DNA from: Phycisphaerales bacterium
GTDB lineage: Bacteria; Planctomycetota; Phycisphaerae; Phycisphaerales; UBA1924
Assembly: GCA_020850415.1 (NCBI GenBank)
Contig: JADZER010000010.1
Span: forward strand, 77,459 to 141,458
Direction of reading: 5' to 3'
Length of the DNA: 64,000 nucleotides
The position numbers were made by a program, and so were the translations under genes. Positions 1 through 8,750 of the stretch are shown here, piece by piece; within the stretch, counting starts at the first letter, position 1, and every line of letters starts with the position of its first letter. Below the pieces are notes generated by a model. The model worked only from the letters and a program-made list of their open reading frames with translations, had not been told where the DNA came from and ran no database searches.

Positions 1-723
1 GTGATCAAGACCGCCGAGCTGAGCTGGGGCCAGTTCTGGGGGACGATCAGCAACGACCGGGTGCTTGCGTCGTTCGGTCTGAGTGTCGGGGGCTCGCTGG
101 TGGCGGCGACCGTGAACCTCGTGTTCGGGTTCGTGGTCGCGTGGGTGCTGGTCCGGTACTCGTTCCCGGGGCGGCGGATCGTGGACGCTCTGGTGGATCT
201 GCCGTTCGCGATGCCGACGGCGGTCTCGGGGATCGCGTTGACGGCGCTCTACGCCAGGACCGGCTGGCTCGGCGGGCCGCTCGATGCGCTCGGGGTGAAG
301 GCGGCGTTCAGCCGTCTGGGGGTGGTGATCGCGCTGATCTTCATCGGGCTGCCGTTCGTGGTTCGGACGCTGCAGCCCGCGCTGGCCGACCTGGAGTCGG
401 AGATCGAGGAGGCGGCGGCGAGCCTCGGCGCCGGTCGGGTGCAGACGATCCGTCGCGTGATCGTGCCCGCGGTGCTCCCGGCGGTGCTGACGGGCTTCGC
501 GCTGGCGTTCGCGCGGGCGGTCGGGGAGTACGGCTCGGTGGTGTTCATCAGCGGGAACATGCCGATGCGCACGGAGATCACGCCGCTGCTGATCATCACC
601 AAGCTGGAGCAGTACGACACGGCGGGGGCGACGGCGATCGCCGTTGTGCTGCTCGGGTTCTCGTTCCTGATGCTGCTGGCGGTCAACATGCTCCAGCTTT
701 GGAGCACGGCGCGGTCGCGCTGA
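1..723 (+). CDS. cysT: Sulfate/thiosulfate ABC transporter permease CysT (5' end outside window)
   Basis: The ORF is open at the window edge. It is a polytopic ABC permease with an EAA-type loop ([21 protein letters not shown]). It is followed by a paralogous permease and an ATPase in the canonical cysT-cysW-cysA order. Confidence 0.88.
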   Translation: MIKTAELSWGQFWGTISNDRVLASFGLSVGGSLVAATVNLVFGFVVAWVLVRYSFPGRRIVDALVDLPFAMPTAVSGIALTALYARTGWLGGPLDALGVKAAFSRLGVVIALIFIGLPFVVRTLQPALADLESEIEEAAASLGAGRVQTIRRVIVPAVLPAVLTGFALAFARAVGEYGSVVFISGNMPMRTEITPLLIITKLEQYDTAGATAIAVVLLGFSFLMLLAVNMLQLWSTARSR

Positions 724-735
724 GAGGAGGATCGC

Positions 736-1644
736 ATGGCCGGTTCTGCAAGCATGAGTGTCGCTGTGGGAGCCCGGGCCGCGCCGCCCGCCACGCGGGA
801 CGCGCCCGCGGTCCGGTGGACGCTGACCGCCATCGCCCTCGCGTTCCTGGCGTTGTTCCTGGTGCTGCCGCTGGTGGTCGTCTTCGCCGAGGCGTTCCGG
901 GAGGGGATCGGGGCGTATCTCGCGAGCTTCGACGATCCGGACGCGCTGGCGGCGATCAGCCTCACGCTGCTCACGGCGGCGGTCGCGGTGCCGCTGAATG
1001 TGGCCTTCGGCATCTGTGCCGCGTGGGCGATCACCAAGTTCAAGTTCCCGGGCCGCCCGCTGCTGGTGACCCTGATCGACCTTCCCTTCGCGGTCTCGCC
1101 GGTGGTGGCTGGTCTGATCTTCGTGCTGGTGTTCGGGCTGCAGGGGTGGCTCGGGCCCTGGCTGGTCGCGAGGGATATCCGGGTCATTTTCGCGGTCCCG
1201 GGGATCGTGCTGGCGACGCTGTTCATCACCTTCCCGTTCGTTGCACGGGAGCTGATCCCGCTCATGGAGGAGCAGGGGACGGAGGAGGAGCAGGCGGCGA
1301 TGACGCTCGGGGCCCGCGGGTGGACGATCTTCCGGCGCGTGACGCTGCCGAACATCCGCTGGGCGCTGCTGTACGGGGTGATCCTGTGCAACGCGCGGGC
1401 GATGGGCGAGTTCGGGGCCGTCTCTGTGGTGTCGGGCCACATCCGCGGGCGGACGAACACGCTCCCTCTGCATGTAGAGATCCTCTACAACGAGTACAGC
1501 TTCGTCGCGGCGTTCGCGACCGCGTCGCTGCTCGCGGTCCTGGCGATCGCCACGCTTGTGCTCAAGTCGCTTGTCGAGTACCGGATCCAGCGTCAGGTCG
1601 CGAGGGCGTCGGCCGGGGCTGCCGGTCGGGAGGCGTTGCCGTGA
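736..1644 (+). CDS. cysW: Sulfate ABC transporter permease CysW
   Basis: A 302-aa permease paralogous to the upstream ORF, with EAA loop [22 protein letters not shown]. Its stop overlaps the next start (GTGA at 1641-1644). Confidence 0.88.
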   Translation: MAGSASMSVAVGARAAPPATRDAPAVRWTLTAIALAFLALFLVLPLVVVFAEAFREGIGAYLASFDDPDALAAISLTLLTAAVAVPLNVAFGICAAWAITKFKFPGRPLLVTLIDLPFAVSPVVAGLIFVLVFGLQGWLGPWLVARDIRVIFAVPGIVLATLFITFPFVARELIPLMEEQGTEEEQAAMTLGARGWTIFRRVTLPNIRWALLYGVILCNARAMGEFGAVSVVSGHIRGRTNTLPLHVEILYNEYSFVAAFATASLLAVLAIATLVLKSLVEYRIQRQVARASAGAAGREALP

Positions 1645-2693
1645 GTATCCAGATCCGCAATGTGACGAAGACCTTCGGGTCGTTCCGGGCGCTCGACGAT
1701 GTGTCGGCGGACATCCCGACCGGGGAGCTGGTGGCGCTGCTGGGCCCGTCGGGTTCGGGGAAGACGACGCTGCTGCGGCTGATCGCCGGCCTGGAGGACC
1801 TCGACCCCGGGCGCGGCTCGATCCGGTACTACGAAGAGGACATCACCGGGACGCCCGTCAGGAAGCGGCGCGTGGGCTTCGTGTTCCAGCACTACGCGTT
1901 GTTCCGGCACATGACGGTCTTCGAGAATGTGGCGTTCGGTCTGCGGGTGCTGCCCCGGGGCGCGCGGCCCACGAAGGCGGCGATCCGCGACCGCGTCCTC
2001 GAACTGCTCCGGCTCGTGCAGCTGGACGGGCTCGCGGGCCGGTATCCCGCGCAGCTCTCCGGCGGGCAGCGTCAGCGGGTGGCGTTGGCACGGGCGCTCG
2101 CGGTGGAGCCGCGGGTGCTGCTGCTCGACGAGCCCTTCGGTGCTCTGGACGCCAAGGTGCGGACCGAGCTGCGACAGTGGATCCGGAAGCTCCACGACGA
2201 GCTGCACATCACGAGCGTGTTCGTGACCCATGATCAGGACGAGGCGATGGAGATCGCCGACCAGGTGGTGGTCATGAACGGGGGGCGTGTGGAGCAGATC
2301 GGCTCGCCGGCGGAGGTGTACCACTCGCCGCGGACGGAGTTCGTGATGAACTTCCTCGGGCAGGTGAACACCTTCACCGGGCGGGCGGTGGGGCGGGACA
2401 TCGAGTTCGCGGATCTCCGCGTCGCCGCCTCCGACGGCCGGCTGCGGGACGGCGAGGTCCGGGTGTTCGTCCGCCCGCACGAGTTCGAGCTGCGGGGCAG
2501 GGCGAACGGCCAGCCTTGCGCCGCGGCGACCGTGCTCCGGATTCACGCCGCGGGCTCGGTCGCCAGGCTTGACCTCCAGCTCGCGGACGGCAAGCTGATC
2601 ACGGCCGAGGTTCCCCAGGATCGGTTCGCGGCGCTGGCGGCGTCGACCGGCGACCTCGTGTATGTGGCGCCGCGCCGAGTGCATGTGTTCTGA
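1641..2693 (+). CDS. cysA: Sulfate ABC transporter ATP-binding protein CysA
   Basis: GTG at 1641 is in frame with track ORF 141..2693. Motifs present: Walker [13 protein letters not shown] signature [15 protein letters not shown], Walker B LLLDEPF, and a C-terminal TOBE-like regulatory tail. The first 1.5 kb of the track ORF overlaps cysT/cysW and is not coding. Confidence 0.92.
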   Translation: MSIQIRNVTKTFGSFRALDDVSADIPTGELVALLGPSGSGKTTLLRLIAGLEDLDPGRGSIRYYEEDITGTPVRKRRVGFVFQHYALFRHMTVFENVAFGLRVLPRGARPTKAAIRDRVLELLRLVQLDGLAGRYPAQLSGGQRQRVALARALAVEPRVLLLDEPFGALDAKVRTELRQWIRKLHDELHITSVFVTHDQDEAMEIADQVVVMNGGRVEQIGSPAEVYHSPRTEFVMNFLGQVNTFTGRAVGRDIEFADLRVAASDGRLRDGEVRVFVRPHEFELRGRANGQPCAAATVLRIHAAGSVARLDLQLADGKLITAEVPQDRFAALAASTGDLVYVAPRRVHVF

Positions 2694-3248
2694 GTCGTTG
2701 TCCCGCGGCCTCCGTGGCTTGGCGGCGATCATGTGTGGCTGCTGGGGTGTCCGTGGGATAGGAACCCCGGATCGGGCATGCGAACGCTCCGTACCACGGC
2801 ACGCCCGTCCGCCGCGCAGAGGCGGGTCTCGGGTGTTGCCGCGCCGCCACCGTGTGTCTCCGGCACAGCCGGGGACGGGTGGAATCTGGCGCACCGCCGC
2901 GAGGGGGGACGACGCGGCAGGATGGTGCGATGCGTTCGCGTGTGACGGGGAGGCCCCGGCGCTCGCGGGCGGGTGGCATCGGCTGGGCCCGTCTCTCCGC
3001 GGATTGGCCATTGCGCGGACCGGGCACGCTCGGCGGGTCCCTCGGAGGGCCCGGCCGGTGCTTGTGCTGTCGCAGAACAAGATGTGAACATGCGAACCCC
3101 GTACCGCAAACAGACGGCGAATTGGCTTGATTCGAGCGGGCGCTCTCTCGGAGAGGGGCGGTTCATACGGATTCGGGCGCCTTCGGCGTTGCGGGGAGGT
3201 CGGCCCCCTTGTACGCTCTTTCGGGACGGTAGAACGAGCCGCCGCACA

Positions 3249-4337
3249 ATGGGGGGTATGCACATGCTGATGCCGTCGACGAGCCGCCGCGATCAAACCC
3301 TGGCGTCCGGTTCAGGCCGGGGTTGGTGGTGTCGGGGCGCCGTGGGTGTCGGTCGGTTGGTTGTGCTCGGCTGCGTGGGCGCGAGCCCCTTGGCGGCCTG
3401 CGGCCAGACGGCGTTGGCGTACGACCTCGTTGACCTGGGGATCGCGAACACGGAGTCGACCTTCGCGGGTTCGGGTCCGGTCATCAACGAATCCGGTGTA
3501 GTGGTCTACGGCGACCCGGTTGGTCTTGCGGTCTGGCGCCAAGGGGTCATCGAGTATGTCCCGGACAGCTCCGATGGCTCGTTCGCGATGGACATCTCCG
3601 ATCGCGGCGACATCGTCGGGCAGTCGCGGGAGGGCGCCCCGCTGGCGTGGATCGACGGCGAGGCGGTGGACCTGGACAGCATCGTGCCGCAGAGGGTCAC
3701 GCTGGTCACCGCGGTGAACGAGAAGGGCGAGTTTCTGGTCCAAACGATCGAGGCCAAGTCGTACTTCGTTCAGGGCGGGCTCGCGATCCAGATCGGGGGC
3801 GACGAAGACCGCGTGCTTGCGGAGGGCCTCAACGACTCGGGCTTCGTGGTCGGGCGTTTCTACACCGGCTCCGGGGATTTCATGCCGTTCCTGTGGTCCG
3901 GCGACCACGCGATCCCGCTGTTTCGGTCGGAGGGCGGGGCGTCGGCGATCAGCCAGGCCGGCGTCGTGTGCGGGAGTCGGACGGTCCAGTTCCCCGAGAC
4001 GCAGGCGTTTCTGTTCGCCGGCGGCGAGATCGAGTTTGCGGAGCCGATCCCCGGCGCCGACATGAACGCCCCGCTGGCGGTGGGTGACGACGGCGTGGCG
4101 GTCGGCGTGGTGCGGCTCGACGGCGGCGGCTTCAGGGCCGCGATCTGGCGCAACGGGCAGGGAGCACACCTCCAGGGGCTGATCCGCAACGATCCCGGCT
4201 GGGTGCTCGAGCAGGCCAGCGACCTGAACGCCCGCGGCCAGATCGTGGGGATCGCGGTAGAGCCGGACACCGGCACGCCGCACGCGGTGCTGCTCAATCC
4301 CTGGAAGCGTCCGCGGTTGTCTCAGCAGCATCCGTGA
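3249..4337 (+). CDS. Putative lipoprotein with HAF-type extracellular repeats
   Basis: The internal ATG at 3249 gives a signal peptide with the lipobox-like motif PLAAC. A recurring motif (ISDRGDIVGQS, LNDSGFVVGR, ISQAGVVCGS, LNARGQIVGIA) resembles the HAF-family extracellular repeat. The start choice is uncertain (alternatives 3258/3264/3270). Confidence 0.6.
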   Translation: MGGMHMLMPSTSRRDQTLASGSGRGWWCRGAVGVGRLVVLGCVGASPLAACGQTALAYDLVDLGIANTESTFAGSGPVINESGVVVYGDPVGLAVWRQGVIEYVPDSSDGSFAMDISDRGDIVGQSREGAPLAWIDGEAVDLDSIVPQRVTLVTAVNEKGEFLVQTIEAKSYFVQGGLAIQIGGDEDRVLAEGLNDSGFVVGRFYTGSGDFMPFLWSGDHAIPLFRSEGGASAISQAGVVCGSRTVQFPETQAFLFAGGEIEFAEPIPGADMNAPLAVGDDGVAVGVVRLDGGGFRAAIWRNGQGAHLQGLIRNDPGWVLEQASDLNARGQIVGIAVEPDTGTPHAVLLNPWKRPRLSQQHP

Positions 4338-4498
4338 GGGTCGGGTTGTGGGGGACGGAGGTGCGCGGCGCGAGTAAGTTCTGGCCCGATGTGTGCCGCC
4401 TGGCGCGAGGGTGCATTGACGGCGCTGGAAGGGATCTGGTATCCGCGGGCGTTCGATCAGGGGTGCTGATCGCCCGGGTGGTGGCGGGGAGGAGAAGG

Positions 4499-7400
4499 AT
4501 GGAGATGAGCAATCGGACGCACGCACAGATGATCGCCGCCGCGCTCTGTCTTACCCAGGCGGGCGCGGCGGTACAGGCCCAGGAGTGCGAGACCTGGCTC
4601 GAGAGCTTCCCGACGACGGAGCTGCTCGGCGCCCCCTGGTGCGCGGTGACCTGGGATGACGGCAGCGGGCCGGCCCTGTACGCGGGCGGGGAGTTCTCCG
4701 TCAGCGGCGGGGGTGCGGTGGCGCTGCACGGCATCGGCCGGTACCGGGCGGGCATCTGGGAGTCGATCGACGGCGGCATGGCCGTCGACGGGTCCGAGCC
4801 GGAGGTGCGGGCGCTGGTGGTGTTCGATGACGGTGGCGGCGAGGCTCTCTACGCGGGAGGAGGGTTCGAGACGGCGGGCGGGGTGGAGGTGAACTCCATC
4901 GCGCGTTGGGATGGTGAGAACTGGTCTGGCCTCGCCGGTGGGCTGACGCAGTCCGACGGCGCCCCGGGCTTCTGCTGGTCCGCCACCGTGTTTGAGGGGC
5001 AGCTGTTTGTCTGGGGCGCGTTCGACTTCGCGGGCGGTGTTGCGGCCGACGGATTCGCGTGCTGGGACGGGGCGAACTGGGTTGCGCTCAACAACAACCT
5101 GCAGAACGGGTCGAGCACCGCGGTGATCGTCTACGACCTCGAGGTCTACGACGACGGGCACGGCCCGGCGATCTACGCCGGCGGGCGGATCAACGCGTCC
5201 TATGGCCACATGACGACCGGTGTCGCGAAGTGGGAGGTTGATAGCTGGGAGCCGCTCGGTGTGCCCCTGCCCCTGCTCAACTTCGAGGATGTGCGCGATC
5301 TCCATGTCGCCGATCTCGGCGCCGGAGCGCGGCTGTATGTCGGCGGGGAGTTCCGGACTTCGATCAACGGGTATGACACCCAGGCCGTTGCCGCGTGGGA
5401 CGGGCAGGCATGGCACAACCTCGAATTGGGCCTGGAGAACGAAGGGAGCGGCGGCGCGGTGGTCTACGGGCTGGGGTCCTATGACTTCGGTGACGGTACG
5501 CGGCTCTTCGCGGCGGGGGACTTCGAGGCGCGGTGGCTCGGGGCGGAGAACTTCATCAGCTGGTTTGATGGCTGGAGCTGGCACCCGATGGAGTTGGGCA
5601 CGAGCCGCTACGCCACGGAAGTGGTCGCCTTCGATCGGGGCGAGGGTCCGCGGGTGTGGGTGCTCGGCACATTCGACCGCGCGGGCCATGTCGGGACGCC
5701 CAGCATCGCGGCGTGGGACGGCTCGCGGTTCGAGCGTGCGAGCGTGGGACTGCTCGACGGCACCACGGTCCGCGACCTTGAGGTCTTCGATGACGGCGAC
5801 GGTCCGGCCGTGTTCGCCGGGGGCTGGCTCTCCGGCACGGGGTACGGCACCGAGTTCCTTGCCCGGCTCGACGGTGAGGTGTGGACGCCTTATCCCGAGG
5901 TTGCGTCCCCGGTTGAAGCGCTCGGGGCGTTCGATCTCGGAGCGGGGACCGACCTCTATGTCGCCACCGAGGGCAGCGGGACGGATATCACCGTCGCGCG
6001 CCTCGGGGACGGCGTTTGGGAGCGGGTCGGCTCCACGCTCTTCAACGGCGGTGGGCAGGCACTCGGGGTCTTCGACGCGGGCGCTGGGGCGCAGCTGTAC
6101 TGCGGCGGCGATCTTGCGGGGCTCTGGGGGGCGTACTCCCGCTGGGCGACGACCTGGACCGGGAGCGAATGGACGCCGATGGACGGGCTCGACGGCATCG
6201 TGCATGACTGGGCCGTGTTCGATGACGGATCGGGCGAGGCGATCTACGCGGCCGGGACCTTCCGGGAGGTCCACGGCGAAGCGTGCCGCGGCATCGCCCG
6301 GTGGAACGGCGCCGCGTGGGAGTCGGTGGCGGGCGGTCTGAACGGGGACGCGTTCGCGCTCGAGGTGTTCGACGACGGCGGCGGTCCAGGGCTGTATGTG
6401 GGGGGCCAGTTCACGGTGCAGGGTGGCGGCGGGCCCTCGGCGGGAGTCGCCCGCTGGACCGGCCTGGGGTTTGAAGCGCTCGGGGATGGCCTCAGCGGGA
6501 ACCCGGTGGTGTATGACCTCCGCGCCTTCGACGACGGCTCGGGCATGGCGCTCTATGTCGGCGGCAACTTCGCCGCGGCCGGCGGGATCGCTGCGAGTGA
6601 CTGCGCGCGCTGGACCGGCTCGGGCTGGGAGGCCGTCGGCCTGGGGGTCGGGGGCGGATCCGGCTTTGTGCGCGCGCTCGAGGTCTTCGACGACGGCTCC
6701 GGGCCACGGCTGGCGGCGGGAGGGACCTTCATTCAGTACGACGGCATCCCGGCCGGTCGCGTCGCGGCATGGGACGGCGCCGCCTGGGCGCCGCTCGGGA
6801 CCGGGATGAACGACGGTGTTTGGACGCTGGCGGTCTTCGACGATGGGTCCGGCGAGCGGCTCTTCGCCGGCGGTCAGTTCGATCTCGCGGACGGGCAGCC
6901 GGCCGATCTCGTCGCCGGTTGGGACGGCGCGGCCTGGCACGGAGCCGGGTCCATCGACGATCGCGGGCGGGTGTACTCGCTTGAGGTGTTCGACCCCGGC
7001 ACCGGCGCGGTCCTCTACGCCGGCGGCACATTCACAGAGGCGGCCGGCCGGCCGGTGGGGTTCCTCGCCTCCTGGGACGGCGGCGGCTGGTCGGGTGCGC
7101 CGGACGCAGACGACTTCATCCACTCGCTCAAGGCCATGGTCTACGGGGACGCCCCTGTCCTGGGCGTCGGCGGCGAGTTCCGTCTTGTCGGGAGCGACGG
7201 CTCCACCGGCCTGGTGAGGCTGGACGGGGACCGGTGGGCCGGCGTTCCGAACTCCCCCCTCGACGGGACCGTGACGGACCTGCTCGAGCACGATGACGGG
7301 GGCGGCTCGGCCCTGTACCTGGGCGGCGGGTTCACGCAGCCGGGTCGGTATGTCGCCCGATACAAGGGGTCGGCGTGGGAGCCCCTTGGCGAGGGCTTCG

Positions 7401-8005
7401 ACGATTGGGTGCGCGCGCTCGAGGTCTTCGACGATGGCGCGGGCGCCGCGCTGTACGCCGCGGGCGACTTCACCGAGAGCGGCGGCACGCCGGCCGGGCG
7501 GGTGGCCCGGTGGGACGGCGATTCCTGGCAGCCGGTCGGGGGCGGGATCGACAACGGGGTCGTCACGGACCTCGAGGCTCACGATGGCCCGAACGGACCG
7601 TGGCTGGTCGCGTTGGGCAGCTTCACCTCGGTCGAGGGCGGCACGCCGAGCGATCGCATCGCCGCGTGGGACGGCGCCCGGTGGATCCCCTTCAGCCCGG
7701 GTCTCGACGACTACGCCGCCTGCGCGTTGTCAACCGACTATGGGGGCTCACCCCGCCTGTATGTGGGTGGGAGCTTCGGGTTGTCGGGTGGGGTGTCCGC
7801 CGGCGCGCTCGCCGTCTGGGGGGCGTGCCCCCCGCCCCCGTGCGTCGCCGACTTCAACGACGATGGCGCGGTCAACACCCTCGATGTTCTGGCGTTTCTC
7901 AACGCGTGGGTCTCGGGCGACGGCTCGGCGGACATCAACGGGGACGGCGATGTCAACACGCTGGATGTTCTCGCGTTCCTGAACCTCTGGAACGCCGGGT
8001 GCTGA
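4499..8005 (+). CDS. Giant secreted repeat (beta-propeller-like) protein with C-terminal GC-type dockerin-like module
   Basis: ATG at 4499 is preceded by GGAGAAGG. The signal peptide is MEMSNRTHAQMIAAALCLTQAGAAVQA. There are about 21 diverged copies of a roughly 55-aa unit (..VFDDGxGxxLYAGGxF....AxWDGxxW..). The protein ends CVADFNDDGAVNTLDVLAFLNAWVSGDGSADINGDGDVNTLDVLAFLNLWNAGC. Confidence 0.82.
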   Translation: MEMSNRTHAQMIAAALCLTQAGAAVQAQECETWLESFPTTELLGAPWCAVTWDDGSGPALYAGGEFSVSGGGAVALHGIGRYRAGIWESIDGGMAVDGSEPEVRALVVFDDGGGEALYAGGGFETAGGVEVNSIARWDGENWSGLAGGLTQSDGAPGFCWSATVFEGQLFVWGAFDFAGGVAADGFACWDGANWVALNNNLQNGSSTAVIVYDLEVYDDGHGPAIYAGGRINASYGHMTTGVAKWEVDSWEPLGVPLPLLNFEDVRDLHVADLGAGARLYVGGEFRTSINGYDTQAVAAWDGQAWHNLELGLENEGSGGAVVYGLGSYDFGDGTRLFAAGDFEARWLGAENFISWFDGWSWHPMELGTSRYATEVVAFDRGEGPRVWVLGTFDRAGHVGTPSIAAWDGSRFERASVGLLDGTTVRDLEVFDDGDGPAVFAGGWLSGTGYGTEFLARLDGEVWTPYPEVASPVEALGAFDLGAGTDLYVATEGSGTDITVARLGDGVWERVGSTLFNGGGQALGVFDAGAGAQLYCGGDLAGLWGAYSRWATTWTGSEWTPMDGLDGIVHDWAVFDDGSGEAIYAAGTFREVHGEACRGIARWNGAAWESVAGGLNGDAFALEVFDDGGGPGLYVGGQFTVQGGGGPSAGVARWTGLGFEALGDGLSGNPVVYDLRAFDDGSGMALYVGGNFAAAGGIAASDCARWTGSGWEAVGLGVGGGSGFVRALEVFDDGSGPRLAAGGTFIQYDGIPAGRVAAWDGAAWAPLGTGMNDGVWTLAVFDDGSGERLFAGGQFDLADGQPADLVAGWDGAAWHGAGSIDDRGRVYSLEVFDPGTGAVLYAGGTFTEAAGRPVGFLASWDGGGWSGAPDADDFIHSLKAMVYGDAPVLGVGGEFRLVGSDGSTGLVRLDGDRWAGVPNSPLDGTVTDLLEHDDGGGSALYLGGGFTQPGRYVARYKGSAWEPLGEGFDDWVRALEVFDDGAGAALYAAGDFTESGGTPAGRVARWDGDSWQPVGGGIDNGVVTDLEAHDGPNGPWLVALGSFTSVEGGTPSDRIAAWDGARWIPFSPGLDDYAACALSTDYGGSPRLYVGGSFGLSGGVSAGALAVWGACPPPPCVADFNDDGAVNTLDVLAFLNAWVSGDGSADINGDGDVNTLDVLAFLNLWNAGC

Positions 8006-8034
8006 ACCGGCTCGGGCGCCGTTGGGAGAGAGAG

Positions 8035-8625
8035 ATGAACGGACAGGTGTTCTTGATCGTGTCGGCGTGCATCGTGGGCGCGGACGCGCGGGCCGCGGAC
8101 ACGACCATCGATTTCGACGATCTGCTGCCGGGCTACTGGTCTGGAGGCGAGTATGCCGGGCAGGGTGTCACCTTCTCCACCGCTGGGAGCTTCCTGATCG
8201 CGGACGACAGCTCGTTCGATTCCGTCCCGATCTTGGTCGCCGGGAGCGTTGATGGGTCCCGTGCCGACGCCCCGATCACGGCGCGGTTCTGGCGCCCGGG
8301 CGGGGAGCCCGGTTTGACCGATGCCGTTCGGTTCAATGTCATCGATTTCGGGGGGGTGGAGGAGTGGAGCGCCCGGATCTATGGCGTCGGCGGCGAGTTG
8401 CTGGAGACGGTCGTCGGCACCGGCGGGGCGTTCGGCGATCCCCATCTGGTCGAGTTCACCAGGCCCTCCCCCGATATCCACGCCGTGACCTTCCTGCCGT
8501 CCGTCGAGTACGAGGGCATCGACACGCTGGTGTTCGGCGCCGTCGTGCCGGCCCCGGCGACACTCGGGCTGTGGGCGGGGGCGATTGTCTTGGGCGGCAA
8601 GCGGAGACCGCGAAGAGCCCGGTGA
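8035..8625 (+). CDS. PEP-CTERM sorting-domain protein
   Basis: ATG at 8035 follows the previous stop by 29 nt. It has an N-terminal signal (LIVSACIVGADARA). The C-terminus VPAPATLGLWAGAIVLGGKRRPRRAR matches the PEP motif + TM helix + Arg cluster layout. Confidence 0.7.
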   Translation: MNGQVFLIVSACIVGADARAADTTIDFDDLLPGYWSGGEYAGQGVTFSTAGSFLIADDSSFDSVPILVAGSVDGSRADAPITARFWRPGGEPGLTDAVRFNVIDFGGVEEWSARIYGVGGELLETVVGTGGAFGDPHLVEFTRPSPDIHAVTFLPSVEYEGIDTLVFGAVVPAPATLGLWAGAIVLGGKRRPRRAR

Positions 8626-8750
8626 GCGGGAGCGTTCCGGCGGCCAGCCGCGGTCCCTCGCCGGTCCGGATGCCGATCCGGATTGTCCGCCCCGCTCCGA
8701 ACCACCGCCCGAGAAGCGGCACCCGCCGCGTAGGGCCGGCGCAGCGCGGG

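Noticed and set aside
141-1640. The 5' 1.5 kb of the 850-aa track ORF 141..2693, and the antisense ORF 249..1460
   Set aside because: They overlap the clearly recognisable cysT and cysW genes. Their translations are Arg/Gly/Ala-rich low-complexity sequence typical of off-frame reading of high-GC DNA. Only the part from GTG 1641 (CysA) is real.
4457-7582. The 1041-aa antisense ORF opposite the giant repeat protein. The same applies to 9366..12506(+), 16878..19880(+), 35021..36397(-), 36923..38290(-), 39025..40320(-), 40899..44078(-), 45303..46859(-), 46992..49037(-), 52716..54611(-), 54233..55903(-), 55621..57612(-) and similar.
   Set aside because: Each lies antisense to or off-frame from a gene with strong family motifs. 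Their products are dominated by R/P/G/A/H/D with no recognisable motifs. Stop-codon scarcity at ~70% GC explains their length.
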